DNA from: Felis catus
Taxonomy: Eukaryota
Assembly (NCBI RefSeq): GCF_018350175.1
Contig: NC_058368.1
Location: 152,956,001 to 153,020,000 of the forward strand
DNA length: 64,000 nt
Direction: 5' to 3'
The position numbers were made by a program, and so were the translations under genes. Below the pieces are notes generated by a model that ran no database searches, was not told the origin of the DNA, and worked only from the letters and a program-made list of their open reading frames with translations. Below are positions 15,030 through 28,000 of the stretch, in pieces (the first letter of the stretch is position 1; every line of letters starts with the position of its first letter).

Positions 15030-15262
15030 AGCTAATGCATAATATAATGAGTATAGACAACAATCTCATAGTGCAATCATCAAACTTACTAAGAGACTAA
15101 AAGTTAATTATCCCTGTCACTAAAAAGAAAGGATAATTATATAATATGGTAAAAGTGCTAAATATCTCTACAATACAATACAATTGATATAAATGTATCA
15201 AATTAATATGGTGTACACCTTAAATATATGCCATGTTATATGTCAAATACATTCAATTAGAA
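15030..15262 (+). mobile_element. L1 3' UTR fragment
   Basis: ...aatgtatcaaattaatatggtgtacaccttaaatatatgccatgttatatgtcaaatacattcaatt, a typical L1 3' end. Confidence 0.75.
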
Positions 15263-15286
15263 CAATTTTTGAAAGTCCAGTATCCT

Positions 15287-15481
15287 GGGGTGCCTGGGTA
15301 GCTCAGTCAGTTGAGTGTGTGACTCTTGATTTCAGTTCAGGTCATGATCCCAGGGTTGAGGGATCAAGCCCCACTTTGGGCTCCATGGTGAGCATGGAGT
15401 CTGCTTGAGATTCTCTCTCTCTTTCTCACTCTGCCCCTCCCCACTGCTCACATGCGCACGCTCTTGCTTGCTCTTGTGCAC

Positions 15482-15518
<37 letters not shown>
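15287..15518 (+). mobile_element. CanSINE
   Basis: Head ggggtgcctgggtagctcag. TSD aaagtccagtatcc / aaagtccaatacc. Confidence 0.92.
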
Positions 15519-15521
<3 letters not shown>

Positions 15522-15869
15522 GTCCAATACCACCACAGGATCTCTTCAATGTTTGTGAAATAAATGTCAAGGTGTATGACAGGTATATAGAATAGTCACA
15601 ACCTGGCCTCAGGTTACTTCCCTGACCTGGCCTTTTGGCACTCTTTCCATGTATTCCGTACTTTCAACATTTGTGCTGGCTTACTGTAACTTAACCATGT
15701 TATGTATTTTCAAAGCTATATGTCCTTAGTTTTGAAATCTCCTGTGACTAGAGCTCTTTGTCCCTTTATTCTGTATGATTGTCACCTCCTATCAACAGCT
15801 TTCCTAGATAACCTTCCACTGAAGCAGAGTTTATTGCTGCTTTACCTCTGTTGCCAAGTATTTAGACCT

Positions 15870-16016
15870 GCACTGCTCAGAATATGATCTGCAGATCAGT
15901 AGCACTGGTATCATTTGGAAACTTGTTCACAATGCAGAATATCTGGCCCAGCCCGGCCTACTGAATCAGCATCTGCATTTGTAACAAGCTCCCATGTGAT
16001 CTGATACTGCTGGTGC
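15870..16016. mobile_element. MER5-like hAT-Charlie DNA transposon
   Basis: ...ggaaacttgttcacaatgcagaatatctggcccagcccggcctactgaatcagcatctgcatttgtaacaagctccc. Confidence 0.75.
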
Positions 16017-16293
16017 ACAGGCTTTAGAATTGTTGTTTGCTTCTTTTTTTCTTTAATATGGTTTGGCTAAAAATCTTTGGCAAGGAGCCATATTTCTTAT
16101 CAGTACTATTTTAAGGAGAGATCATGGTGTGATTCTTGATGCAACAGCTTCCTGAGCTACAGGGTCACATGTACAACTTTCTCATTAGAATCACTGATGC
16201 CAATATTTACTTTCAGTGTTGGTCTAACAAAATGAATATGTTGCTAGAAGTGGGTGATGGGTCCTTTGGCAGACCATGAATAAAAAACAAACA

Positions 16294-16512
16294 GGGGCTC
16301 CTGGGTGACTCAGTTGGTTCAGTATCTGGCTCTTAATGTCAGCTCAGTTCCTGATCTTGCCATGGTGAGATCGAGCATTACATTGGGCTCCTCAGTGAAC
16401 ATGGAGCCTGCTTGGGATTCTCTCCCTCCCTCTCTCTCTCTCTCTCTCTCTCTGCTCCTCCCCTGCTTTCACTTTCTCTCTCTCTCAAAATAAATAAATA
16501 AATAGACATTTA
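16294..16512 (+). mobile_element. CanSINE
   Basis: Head, (CT)n and AATAAA-rich tail. Confidence 0.9.
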
Positions 16513-17059
16513 AAACTCAGAGATAGTGGATGAGAATGCCAACTTTATAAAAACATGTTTTTATGGGGAACTTAATTGTCCAGGAACATTTCTATACAAT
16601 CTTCTAAATTTATAATGACCACATGGTAATATCCTTTCATTGTTCTGGTGGCTTGTGCATGTGTTTTTATAACTCAGTATTTAATGCATGAATTTGAATT
16701 TATTTTGAATTTAAATGCAATAGTATTGTTTTGTTGTGTAAGCATTTATTTTTTTCAACCAAGTAAAAAGTGGCCAAAAGTTGGTGTTAGCCAGACTTTT
16801 AATTTTTAAATATTAGAGAATTCTTTCTATGTTTACATGAATCCAAATTTCTGAGTGGAATCTATAATTCTTCTTTGCATACATGATAATTTTTTTATCA
16901 CCCTAATCAACTTGGTCTTACAATTTTATAAATTACTCCATTTAATGGATGAGGAAATACTGTGATTTCAAGTCTACCGATTTTACCTGGGTATTAAAGA
17001 AAATATCTCTCACAATGTAAGAACCTTCACAATGTAAGAACCTATATAATGTAGTCTAT

Positions 17060-17600
17060 GCAACTCAGTAAACACTTGGAGACTGTCCACTATGGGCAAC
17101 ATGTGTGCTGGGATCTAGGGATGAACAGTGCCTGATTTTGAGAAGGAGAAACATAAACAGATTGTTTTAGTACAGGGTGTCAGTGCTAAGGTAAGACTTA
17201 TGAACGTGCTCGATGAGAGCTCCGAGAAGGGGCCACGTGGCTCCCCACAAGGTGACTTGGTAGATGACACCCAAGCTGAGTACTGAAAGATTAGTAGCTT
17301 TTTGATAGGTGAAGCAAAGGAGGTGGGGGAGAAGAGATAGTTCCTGAAATGAGTCCAGGTAGAGCAAGCGGCATTGGTAAAAACAGGGAATGCTGCCATG
17401 GTGTCATGTGTTGATGGAGAAAGGATCAAACAGCAGTTTAGGGTGACTGGAGTATAAAGCAAAACAGGGCAGAAGTGCAAGCTGAGGCTGGACTGGTGAG
17501 CAGGAGCTAATGATCAAAGGCCAGGTGTCAAAGAAGCTTGTAATTTTACCTTTGATGAGGAGATAGTGAAGATTTAGAGTAGAGAATGATAGGAAAGGGA
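17060..17600 (-). mobile_element. L2 fragment; similar L2-like pieces at about 1370-1810, 13740-14150, 19360-19960, 36495-36576, 60710-60930 and 62800-63420
   Basis: Purine-rich L2-like text (caactcagtaaacacttggagactgtccactatgggc...; tcattcatttattgag...). Boundaries approximate. Confidence 0.65.
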
Positions 17601-20600
17601 TCAATTAGTTGTTCATCCAAGAATGCATCCAGTTCACTAAGCAGTTTCCATAAAACAAATTTTGTTTCTTGGTTCAGGTCTTCTTCGCTGCCACAATCGA
17701 TAAACTTCACGAGTCCAAAATGTTTGCTTTCCTAGGAGTAATACAATTCTAATTAAGAAATCTTTCAAATCACAAGGTGTGAGAAAAAATAACTTTTTGC
17801 TATTTGAATTCTTTTGTGCTAAACTTTATATAAATGATTAAATTGAAGTATAGAAAGTAGAGTGTGATTCAGCAAACATGCAATTACACTGACAACACAG
17901 TTTCTTTTAAAATTGTCAGGATAATTACGTATTATTAATAGTTGTCCGTTGCTATTTCTTTGATTAGTCCATAATTAGCTATGTTTCCTACTTAATGGAC
18001 AGATATGAAATAACTGTTGTTGGACAAGCGTGTGCTTGAAAATCCTCTGTTATGTATTGATTCAGGAAAAAATCATCGGCAGTTTGTTACTGATCTAAAT
18101 TTAGACACCTGATATCTTAAAATTTAATTAAATATTTAGTAGTCATAAAAGAAGTGATCCATGGGAGCAGAGGTACAAAGAGCAGCAAGGAGAGCCAGGA
18201 ACTTCAACTTTACGTGTTCCCTCTACTCACTTTGTTTTATTTTCCTTCCCCATATAAATTATTATAAATTTTCCACTTGGTAGAAAGGATTTCTCAAGCA
18301 TTGCCGGCCGGTTTAGTTTATTTTCCTTGTGAACAAATCTGTATGTAATCAGTTTAGCAGGTGAGAGAATTCAAGGAAGCGGTGACTTGCTAGGAAATGA
18401 GTTTGCGAGGCTGTGAATTTGTTGTCGTTAATGGTATGATTTCCCAAATATCCCATTTCATTTTTACGTAAAAGGTACTTTTCCGTCCCATCGCTCCAAC
18501 CTCAAGTACGTCTAACCACTAGGAGGCACTCTTTCCAAACTCTCGTTCTCAAAGCGCCCAGAATTTTTCCCAATAAAGTCTGTGGGTATTTATTCATCTT
18601 TTCTGTTTTTGTTTCTAAGCTAAATGTTTTTGCACTCAGTGTCTATTTGCTAGTAGAGATGGTTGTTAAAAGAGAAAGAAAAGAAAGCACTTCCAAACGT
18701 TTTGATTGGGATCTACTTTTCCAAGTGCTATTTTATGGAGAGAGGTATTTAATTTGTTAGAAAAGCACATCTCTGTGATATCAAATGTTTATTAAAAGTT
18801 TTAATAATACCTTTAAAATAAATGATTCTCTCCTCAATATTTTTTTCTCTGAGGTAGCAGCATTGAGATGCCTATATGTGTCTTAGGGAAGAGCAGTTGA
18901 GGATATTAAGTGATAGTAGAATGCAACATTACAAAAAGTAAACAGTGATTTGTATTGGGAGGAGCTTTCAGATCTGAAAAAAGTCATCAGGGACTGTAGG
19001 ATTGCTGTGTGGTGTACACACATACATAGAGATGACAATGACCAGAACCTAGAGAACATTTTCATCATGGCACATGAAAATCGGCTTCATCACTGCCAGT
19101 CACACAACTGATATACACAGTTGGAATGATGATTCCCTGAAATTAAACAAGAGTTATCAGTTGTGTCAGAAATAATCACACTTGGCATTTTGGATTATAG
19201 CAACTAATACAGCTATTAAATATTTGGATAGTTTCAAACTCCTGTTACCAGAGATTATAAGTGAACATTTAAAATGTACTTCCAATTGAAATCAGTTGGT
19301 TTACTTTAGAAAGCATGATTTTTCCAATTTGTTACACCAGCTTCAGAGACCTCTCTCCATTGTTTCATTCATTTATTGAGGGTATACTGGCCAGGTCCTA
19401 TTCCTGACTTTGTTTAGAACAGGAAACATAGAGACAAAATTCCTTTCCTTGTGATGTTTATATTTGGTGGTGGTGGTGGCAGGGGGCAAGGGGACATATC
19501 AGGTTGAGATGAAGTGCAGTGGAAAAGGATAAAGCAGTTACAAAAGGATTGAAAGTATTAGAGGCTGAGCTACTTTATATGGAGAGGTTAAGGAAGGGCT
19601 CTCTGAGAAGGTATCATTTGAGCAGACATGGAAATGAGGATGAAAGCCATGCATGTAACTGGGTGAAGTTCCAGATAAAAGGAAGCAAAAAGCAAGCTCC
19701 ATCCTGAGGTGTACATGAGGCATAGTAAGAAAGCATGTGTCTGGAATGTTGGGGAGTCTGGTCGCAGAGAAGTTCAGGGAGATGTGACGGATCTAGTAGA
19801 GTCTTCTTCCAGATAGCGTAGGAAGCCACTGGCGGGATTTGGGCTACCTGAGTGACTTTGTCACTAACTTCTGAGGTAAATCTAGACTGTACAGTGAGAT
19901 GACAGTAGGAAAATTAAGTCATTTTGCAGTTGTCTAAAAGCAAGAGATGATGGTTCTACATGAACTTGAGGAAGTTCCACAACTTTGTTGAGGCTGTTTG
20001 CCTTTGTGAGGATAATGAGACCTATCTGTCAACTTGTTTTGAGGACTAAATGACAGAACCTTCTGGATCCTTTCGACTAAGACTTTGTGGAGCTGATTCA
20101 TTCAGAAGATCACCTTTAGAGTTTTATACACACACATATACACACACCCAGTCAGAATCATATCTTTGATTATTGTAAGTCATTCAACTTAGTGTTCTCC
20201 CAGTCTTTGTCTTTTCTGTCAAATATATTTTCCACATTAATTGTATTTCTCAACATAGTTCTGAGTATGCTTCTTTGACCATATACACAATTCACAAACC
20301 TGTGATAGCTCCCTATAACTTTTGCTTAAATTCAGAACTTCTGAATTTAGTTTTTGAAAGCCTTCAGTATTGCACTTTAGTCACCTACTGTATGCGACAC
20401 CAGATTGCTATTTCCTGTAAATTCCCTCCTTTCCAATCCTCTTTTGCTTTATTTAGGTTTTCTGCCTGAGATGTCGAGAGTCTGAATCTCAGTCTGTCCA
20501 CACAGATACAGGAGGAATATAACTCTATTTGATCATGACTGAATTGGGCCTCATTCTGCTGGGTGGTAGAAACTCAAGTCTGCACTCCGTTGGCCTTTTT

Positions 20601-21022
20601 CTGAGGCTCTACTTTTATGTTCTTGGAGACTCTTGTAATAGTAAGCCATCTGGGAGAAAAAGGCAAGGGCATCCTCAGTCTGGTCCTCTGTGGTCATCCA
20701 TTGACAGTTTCATTCTGACTGGCAGCCCAGGATGTCTCCCAGGCAACTGGTCTGGAGTAGGGACTAAAGTCTTCACTTCTGCTCCCCGAGAGTGAGTAGT
20801 TTTACTCAGGGTGAGTAGTTCTGGGACTGTATGTATCCCTACAATACTCACTCCCAATGTGTGTATTCCTTGGGCTCTGACTGGTAGCTGTGGAGTGAAC
20901 AGAATTGCTTAATGTATTTGGGCAAGTTTTGCTCTCTCATACAGAGAAGGCAGATGGTTGATGCTCTTGAAACTTACGAAAATTCAGAGTCTATATCTTC
21001 AACAGGAAAAAAAAAGTCTGAA

Positions 21023-21432
21023 GGGGCACCTGGGTGAATTAGTTGGTTAAGCATCAGACTCTTGATTTCAGCTTAGGTCATGATCCAAGGGTTGTGGGAT
21101 CAAACCGCGCATCCAGCGAGGAACCTGCTTAAGATTCTCTCTCAGGGCACCTAGGTGGCTCAGTCAGTTAAGCATCCGACTTTGACTCAGGTCATGATCT
21201 CATGGTTCATGGGTTTGAGCCCCGCATCAGGCTCTGTGCTGACAGCTCAGGGCCTGTAGCCCGCTTCATGTTCTGTGTGTCTCTCTCTGCCCCTACCCCG
21301 CTTGTGCTCTCTCCCTCTCTCTTTTTCTCTCTCTCTTTCTCAAATAAGTAAATAAACATTTTAAAAATCTTTTAAAAAAAATTCTCTCTCTTCCCCTGTA
21401 TGCGTGTTGTCTCTGTCTCAAAGAAAAAAAAA
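21023..21432 (+). mobile_element. Nested CanSINEs: inner element 21144-21377 inserted into an outer CanSINE
   Basis: Inner TSD aagattctctctc / aaaattctctctc. The outer element resumes after it and is flanked by aaaaaaaaagtc. Confidence 0.9.
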
Positions 21433-22129
21433 GTCATGTGACTTTCTAATAGTTTTTTGGTGGTGGTGGTGGTTTTAGCTATGAACTCTGTGCGTACAAC
21501 AGAATCTGTACCTTTACGCCTATACACAGATTTATGGTATGTGTTTGCCACAGTTAGGAAGATGTACTGAGCTTCATAGATAGATACCCACATGTCTTGT
21601 GTCTTGAAGTACTGTTTCTCAGAATGTGACTTCAGGACCAACTCTATTGTTATCTCAAGTACTTGTTAAAAATCAATTACCCTAAAATTTTTGCGTTAGA
21701 TCTCTTACGATGAAGCTTGTTAGTTTGCACCTGTAATCATTTCCAAGATGATTCTTTTGCACCCTAGATTTTGTGAACCATTGTCCTAGGTCATGGAAAA
21801 AGACAATGACCATGTTCTGCAGTGTTCTTCCAAACAACCTTTGTGATTTCTTCTGGACTAAGATATTTTGGATTATGGCTCTAATTTAGTTAATTATTAT
21901 GGGATTATTAAATTTTTAATTTTCTGTTTATTTCTAGCATTAATCATGGTGTTCTTTCTCACATGCACACACACGTTCTATCTGTATCTAAACATATCTA
22001 CAACTTTCAAATTTGATAATATGAATATTTTGTATCTTTCTGACTTTTTTCAAGTTACATGAGTTGTAACTTTACATGTTGTAAAGTCACATGAGTTGTA
22101 ACTTACATGTAAAAATCTTCCTTTTTTCT

Positions 22130-22330
22130 GGGACACCTGGGTGGCTCAGGTAGGTGTCCAACTTCAGCTCAGGTCATGATCTCGAGGTTCATGAGTTTGA
22201 CCCCACATTGGGCTGTCTGCTGTCAGCGCAGAGGCTACTTCGATCTTCTCTACCCCATTTTCTCTACCCCTCCCCTGCATGCTCTCTCTCTCTCTCTCCC
22301 CCTCTCTGTCAAAAATAAACAAACGTTTTT
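22130..22330 (+). mobile_element. CanSINE
   Basis: TSD aaaatcttccttttttc. Confidence 0.92.
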
Positions 22331-22739
22331 TTAAAATCTTCCTTTTTTCATACCCAATATTGTTTATTTGTGCCTCTTTTCTTGATTAGCCTTTCTCAAG
22401 GTTTATCTAGTTTAATTGACATTTTCAAAGAACAAACTGATGGTTTTGCTTACTGTTTTTGTTTTTTTTCCAGTTTACCTTTTATTTTCTTCTACCTAAT
22501 TTGTTTACTTTTTTATTTACCAAGCTTTTGAACTAAATAGCTTTTTAGGGTTTTTTTGTAAGTAAAAATTAAGTCTATAAATTTACCTTTAAGTATCACT
22601 GTAGCAGCTTTCCAGTAAACTTTGGTGCTTTTGTTGTCATTTAGTTCTAAACATTTTGTGCTCTCCATTTTAATTTATTTGAATTAATGTGGGAGCACAT
22701 TTTAAAAAATTTTTAAATAATGTTTTTATTTTTTACTCA

Positions 22740-22952
22740 GTTTATTTAATGTTTAATTTTGAGAGAGAGAGAGAAAGAGAGCAAGAGCACATGTATGAGG
22801 TGGGGGAAGGGCAGAGAGGCGACAGAGGATCTGAAGCGGGCTCTGCACTGGCAGCAGAGAGCTGAATGCAGAGCTGTAACTCATGAACTGCGAGATCATG
22901 ACGTGAGTTGAAAAGTCAGATGCTTAAACCGACTGAGCCACCCAGGCACCCC
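22740..22952 (-). mobile_element. CanSINE
   Basis: ...gactgagccacccaggcacccc head and (GA)n. Confidence 0.9.
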
Positions 22953-23215
22953 TATTTGGTTTTTTTACTAGTTTTTTATTACTGACTTATAATTTAATCA
23001 TATTGGGTCAAAAATTATGTAGTTACATATGATATCATATGTAGTTACATATGACATCATTTGTAAAAATTTGTTGAGATTTTAGGGGGAATGTAGTACC
23101 TAGTCAATTTCTGTAAATATTTTCTCTTCCCAGAATTTTTTTTGTTAAAACTTTTTTTATCCTTACTATTTTTATCTGTGTGATCTATCAGTACATGATA
23201 GAAGTGTTTTAAATA

Positions 23216-23326
23216 TTTTATTTTTTTAAGTTTATTTAAGTAATCTCTACACCAAACATAGGCCCTGAACTCATCACCCGAGATCAAGAGTTGTATGCTC
23301 TTCTGACTGAGCCAGCCAGGTGCCCC
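23216..23326 (-). mobile_element. Short older CanSINE lacking the (CT)n tract
   Basis: ...gagatcaagagttgtatgctcttctgactgagccagccaggtgcccc. Confidence 0.85.
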
Positions 23327-24143
23327 TTAAATCATTTATTTTGATTGTGTGTTTCTCACTATCTCCTGTTAATCCTATCAGGTTTTGTCAGATATGTTTT
23401 AAGATTACATTATATTTTTTGTATATTTGTGCTAATTTTTTTCTATTATAGGTATTCTCTTATATTCTTTCAATGCTTTTTTCTTTTAAATCATATTTTG
23501 TCTGATTTTCTTAGTGATAAAATATCCTCTTATTGCTGTTTTTAGTATATTTGTATGTTACATTTTTTTTCATACTTTATTTTCAACCTCTTCTATGTTT
23601 GTGTTTTAGATGTAATTCTTGGAAGCAATTAAGAGCTTGATTTTTTTTTTATTAAATCAAGTATTCTGACTTTCTTAATGAGTTTAATCTATGTCTGTTT
23701 ATTCTGATTATTGATGTATTGGACGGACTGCTACAATATTTCTTGTTTTCTGTTTATCCTCGTTTTTTCTTTTTCATTTTTCTCCTTCCCTGTGTTCTGT
23801 GTAATCTGTAATGTTTTCATTTGGAAATTATGGATTATATTGCTTACTCATACATTTTAACATACATATTTAAGTAAAAAAAAGTAACAATGTATGTAGT
23901 TTATTATTTTGTCTTCTTTGTTACTGTAACAAGAATTTTGTCAATTTGTGTTGTTTATAGATTTTTTAACAGAATTATCATTTATCAGTCTTTTAAGAAA
24001 TAGATAAAATTTTGCTCTCTATAATCATTACTTTGTGTGGGTACTGTTGTGTCTTATATATTATACCTTCCTGATGGGTTGGATTTTCTTTTTCTAGAAG
24101 ACTTTAATGAGTCGTTTGCTAAGTATATTGGTGTCCAGTATCT

Positions 24144-24367
24144 TTTTTTTTAAGCTTTTTTTTTAGATTTTTATTTATTTTGAGAGAGAGACACACAGTG
24201 TGAGCAGGGGAGGGACAGACAGAGAGGGAGACACAGAATCTGAAGCAGGTTCCAGGCTCTGAGCTGTCAGCACAAAGCCGACATGGGGCTCAAACTCACA
24301 GGCTGTGAGATTGTGACCTAAGCTGAAGTCGGATGCCCAACCACTTCCCAATCACCCCTGAAACCCC
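24144..24367 (-). mobile_element. CanSINE
   Basis: Degenerate TSD tggtgtccagtatctt / tggtgccaggtatctt. Confidence 0.9.
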
Positions 24368-24824
24368 TGGTGCCAGGTATCTTCATCTGTTTATGTCTAA
24401 ATATTTTTATTTTGCTCCCAGGTTTAAAAAAAATTAGGTATAGAAATTTAGGTTAAAAGCTGTATTTCCTTGGCACCTTGAAAATACCACTTCATTCTTT
24501 CTTGTCATCTGTTGTAGCCAGTGAGAAGTTTATTGTCAGCCTATCTGTCATTCTAATGTAGATAATTAGTACATTCCCCCTTCTGAATACTTTTCTGTAT
24601 CCTAAATATTCTTTTATGTTTAGCCATGACTTTCTGTGCTGTATTCTGGGAGAATTCTTCAGTATCCACTACCCTTTCATTAATTCATTCTTGTTGCCAG
24701 TCTTAAGTTATATTTATTTCATCTTTTAATTTTACTAACTATGCTTTTAAATTTCAAGGTTTGTATAAGAATTCACGTATACTTATTACTAACTGTGTAC
24801 TGTATATTTTATAGCCTCTTGCTA

Positions 24825-25043
24825 TATTTTTTATATTTTATTTATTTTGAGAGAGAGAGAGAGACAGGGAGTGTGCATGCAAATGGGGGAGGAGCGGAGA
24901 TGGAGAAGGAGAGACAGAATCCCAAGCAGGCTCCACACTATCAGTGCAGAGCCCAACACAGGGCTTGAACCCACAAACTGAGATCATGACCTGATCTGAA
25001 ATCCAGAGTCAGTCACTTAACTGACTGAGCCACCCAGTTACCC
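24825..25043 (-). mobile_element. CanSINE
   Basis: TSD gcctcttgctat. Confidence 0.9.
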
Positions 25044-28000
25044 TGCCTCTTGCTATTTTTACTGATAACTTTGCCTTCATTAATCTCTGGTCGTTGTTAA
25101 CATACTCTTTTAATATCTTTGTCAGCTTGTTTCCTGAAACTAATTTTATCTGGAGTGCATTAATGTTCAAATTATTTATTTGATTGATCACCTTTTATTT
25201 GCATTAGATTTATTCATGTGTTCTGAAATATTGCTTGGCAGACTTATTGTTGAGTGGTAGATTTTTTGCCTTGTTTTGTTTTCTCCCTTCTCCTCTCCTT
25301 TCCTTTTTTCATCACCTCTTCATTTCTAATAGTATTGCAGTAGCTCCCCCCTAAACTTAGAGCTCCCCTACTGGAACTCAGACTTAGAATAACAAAATAT
25401 TCCTGGGTATATGGTCAGTCTAGTCTTGGAGCCAAATGATGACATGGCTCATTTTCTCATTAGCAGACTGGATTGGTGTTCTACTCAGTCCTACAGCTCC
25501 ATAAGACACTAGTTTGGGCTACAGTTGATAGAAACTGTTTTAGTCTTTTTTTCAGGAAGTTTAGGTAAGGAAGCACCAACACATGCTGCCTGCAGTTTCC
25601 CCTTTCCTGTGAAACAATTTTGTTTTTACCCCACAGCAGCCAAAATATCTGATGTCTCAGCATACTTCCAAACTCCTAGTCCAACAAAATCATGACTTTA
25701 GTACTAGCCTACCCTCTGGATTTTTATTCCATTTCTGGTTTGCAAAGTATTTGATTGTATTTGACCCTGGCTATACTGTGAATTTTGCTCCTTCCACTCT
25801 AACTCCATCACTGGTCTGTATTTAGAATGGACTTTCCTATATGAAGCCATTGTGCATCTTGAACTGGAAGTCCCAAACAGTCTGTTTGAGGAAAAGGGAG
25901 AAATAAAAAATAGTTTTATTGGGGTTGTCATTCAGTAATTCTTAATGTCAATTAGAACAAAAGCAGCTGTTTATTTGCTGGCTTTTATTCCAGTTGTAAT
26001 ACTTCCTGCTCTGAAAAATTCATTTTGATCAACTTGAAGCTATTCTTATCTATATTTCCTCCTTCTTAGAACTACTTGGTTTTGACTTGTATTTTGTAGT
26101 CTGATTTAATACACTACTATTGAAGAATATGTTTTTCGAAAGGAAAGGATAACAGTGAGGCTGATAATGTTTCAGTGTCAGAAGAGATCATTTTATTAAA
26201 AGCTTCCCCACTGAATGCTTCTTTTAGGGCTTTTTGCGATCTCCTGACTGTGACTTTGCTCCAGCATCCGGAACCTTTGCTTAATTCTCCACTACCTTTT
26301 ACTCAACAGATATTTTATTGACCATCTATTGTATGCCAGCCACTCTTCTGTGTACAAAATATGAATATATGACAGCAGACAAATCATATAAAATCTCCAC
26401 CTTCCTTGAGCCTGCATTCTAGTTTATTGTTGATTATAGCTATGATCAAGCATGGTTTTTATTAATCACTAAACACTAGGGAAAGTTACAGTTCTAAGTT
26501 GGTTATGTGCACTACTGGTGGGAGAAGTATAGTTGGTGATTCTAGGATTCACTTTCATAATATTATCTTTCAATTCAGAAACTATATCCAGAGGAACTCA
26601 TCTTTATTCTTTGTGGCACACGCCTGGGACACTGATAGAAGAAACACCACCCCTATTAGTGTGTGTGTCTATATTTTCTATTAGTTAAGTTTACACTAGT
26701 AGACTATCAGTAACTTTAATGCTATCGTTATGGATTTAAAATTTATTTAGAAGATTGATAATTATTTCATTTGTCTGTAAATCAAATGTGCCATATTTAG
26801 AAAACCATATTCAGATCTTCCAGCTTGGAATACAAAGTTAAATCAACACAACAAAAGAAGCATATTGTCAGGATAAGCCTTGGAATTATGTTTGAGAACA
26901 CAGCAGTCAAAGAAGAGGCACATTTTTACTGAGGTACAAGATGTGGCTCAGAGTTTCATTAATTAGGTAGCTATGTGAGGAATGACACTTAAGAGCAGTT
27001 TTAGGGTATTGGTTTCCATTGACTTACTCATTTTGTTCTGATTTCCTGCTCTGATTAATGAATTTTTGAGCAATGGTGATTAGGTTAGTTTGAGTTCATT
27101 ATTCAAATACCAGGGTTTAACAGAACACTAAGCAGAACATCAGGAAATGTGGATTCCGTTCTAGGCTTACTCCTGACTTTCCATGCAATTTGAATTTCTT
27201 CCTGCCTTGTGGAGATATTGTAGATTAATATTATTGTGAATGAAATGCTTTAAAGGGCAAGGATATAAAGTACTGTGAAAGTACCTGTGGGAAAAAACAA
27301 TAATAATTAAGGGGAAAAAATATCTCTAGTTCACCTAGGAATAATACTTATAATTGATAAGCAACTTTTCCTTGGAAATTTAGATACATTGCTGTACAGG
27401 TGGAAGAATAGCATTTCCTTTCACTTGGTTGTAATATATTCATATCTAACATTTGAATAGTGGTTTTCAGGTTTTTTAAACACTTTCTCATTGGAATCTC
27501 ATGTGATCCTTACAAAAGCCCAGTAAGTTAGACCATTTCTGTGCGGCCTCATGAAAAGCCGAAAATCATCTTTTCTCAGAGAGCCTACGAGACATTGGAC
27601 ACATTTGTCTTACTCTTCAACACTGATGCCATTCTAGAGTTCCCCACAGAGACAAGACATTCTTACCTTACTTCACCTCTTCATGCAATTGAGAAATAGC
27701 GTATTTCCCAAACATACATCTTGGTATTTTCGTTTACCTTAGGCCTTCGAAATGGCAATGTTGACTTCTTTTCTCCTTAAGAGCTGTTCCTGTGAGTAGC
27801 TTCTGGCTTTTTCTGCAGACTAACAGAACAGCCCAGGAGCTGCTTTTATTTCACAGAAGCAATGCATATAGGATAAGAATCTTCCACTCTCCACCGACTG
27901 TCTTTTAAGCACTTGGGTGTAAATTCGATTCTGTCTTCTCCGAAATGTGAATTGCTTTAGGCGCATGCTCAGTGTTCAGACTGTTCCACAAAGAGAAGAT

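Larger units (their letters stand above)
22340..25900 (-). mobile_element. Degenerate ancient L1 fragment(s), antisense, interrupted by four CanSINEs
   Basis: T-rich L1-like text (ttttcaaagaacaaactga, gagaagtttattgtcagcct, tctgggagaattct). Boundaries approximate. Confidence 0.65.

Noticed and set aside
22055..23060. Short tandem duplications (22055-22110, 23017-23060; also 17010-17042 and 55817-55857) as a CRISPR-like or functional array
   Set aside because: Only two copies each, no spacers, eukaryotic context. Ordinary slippage duplications.
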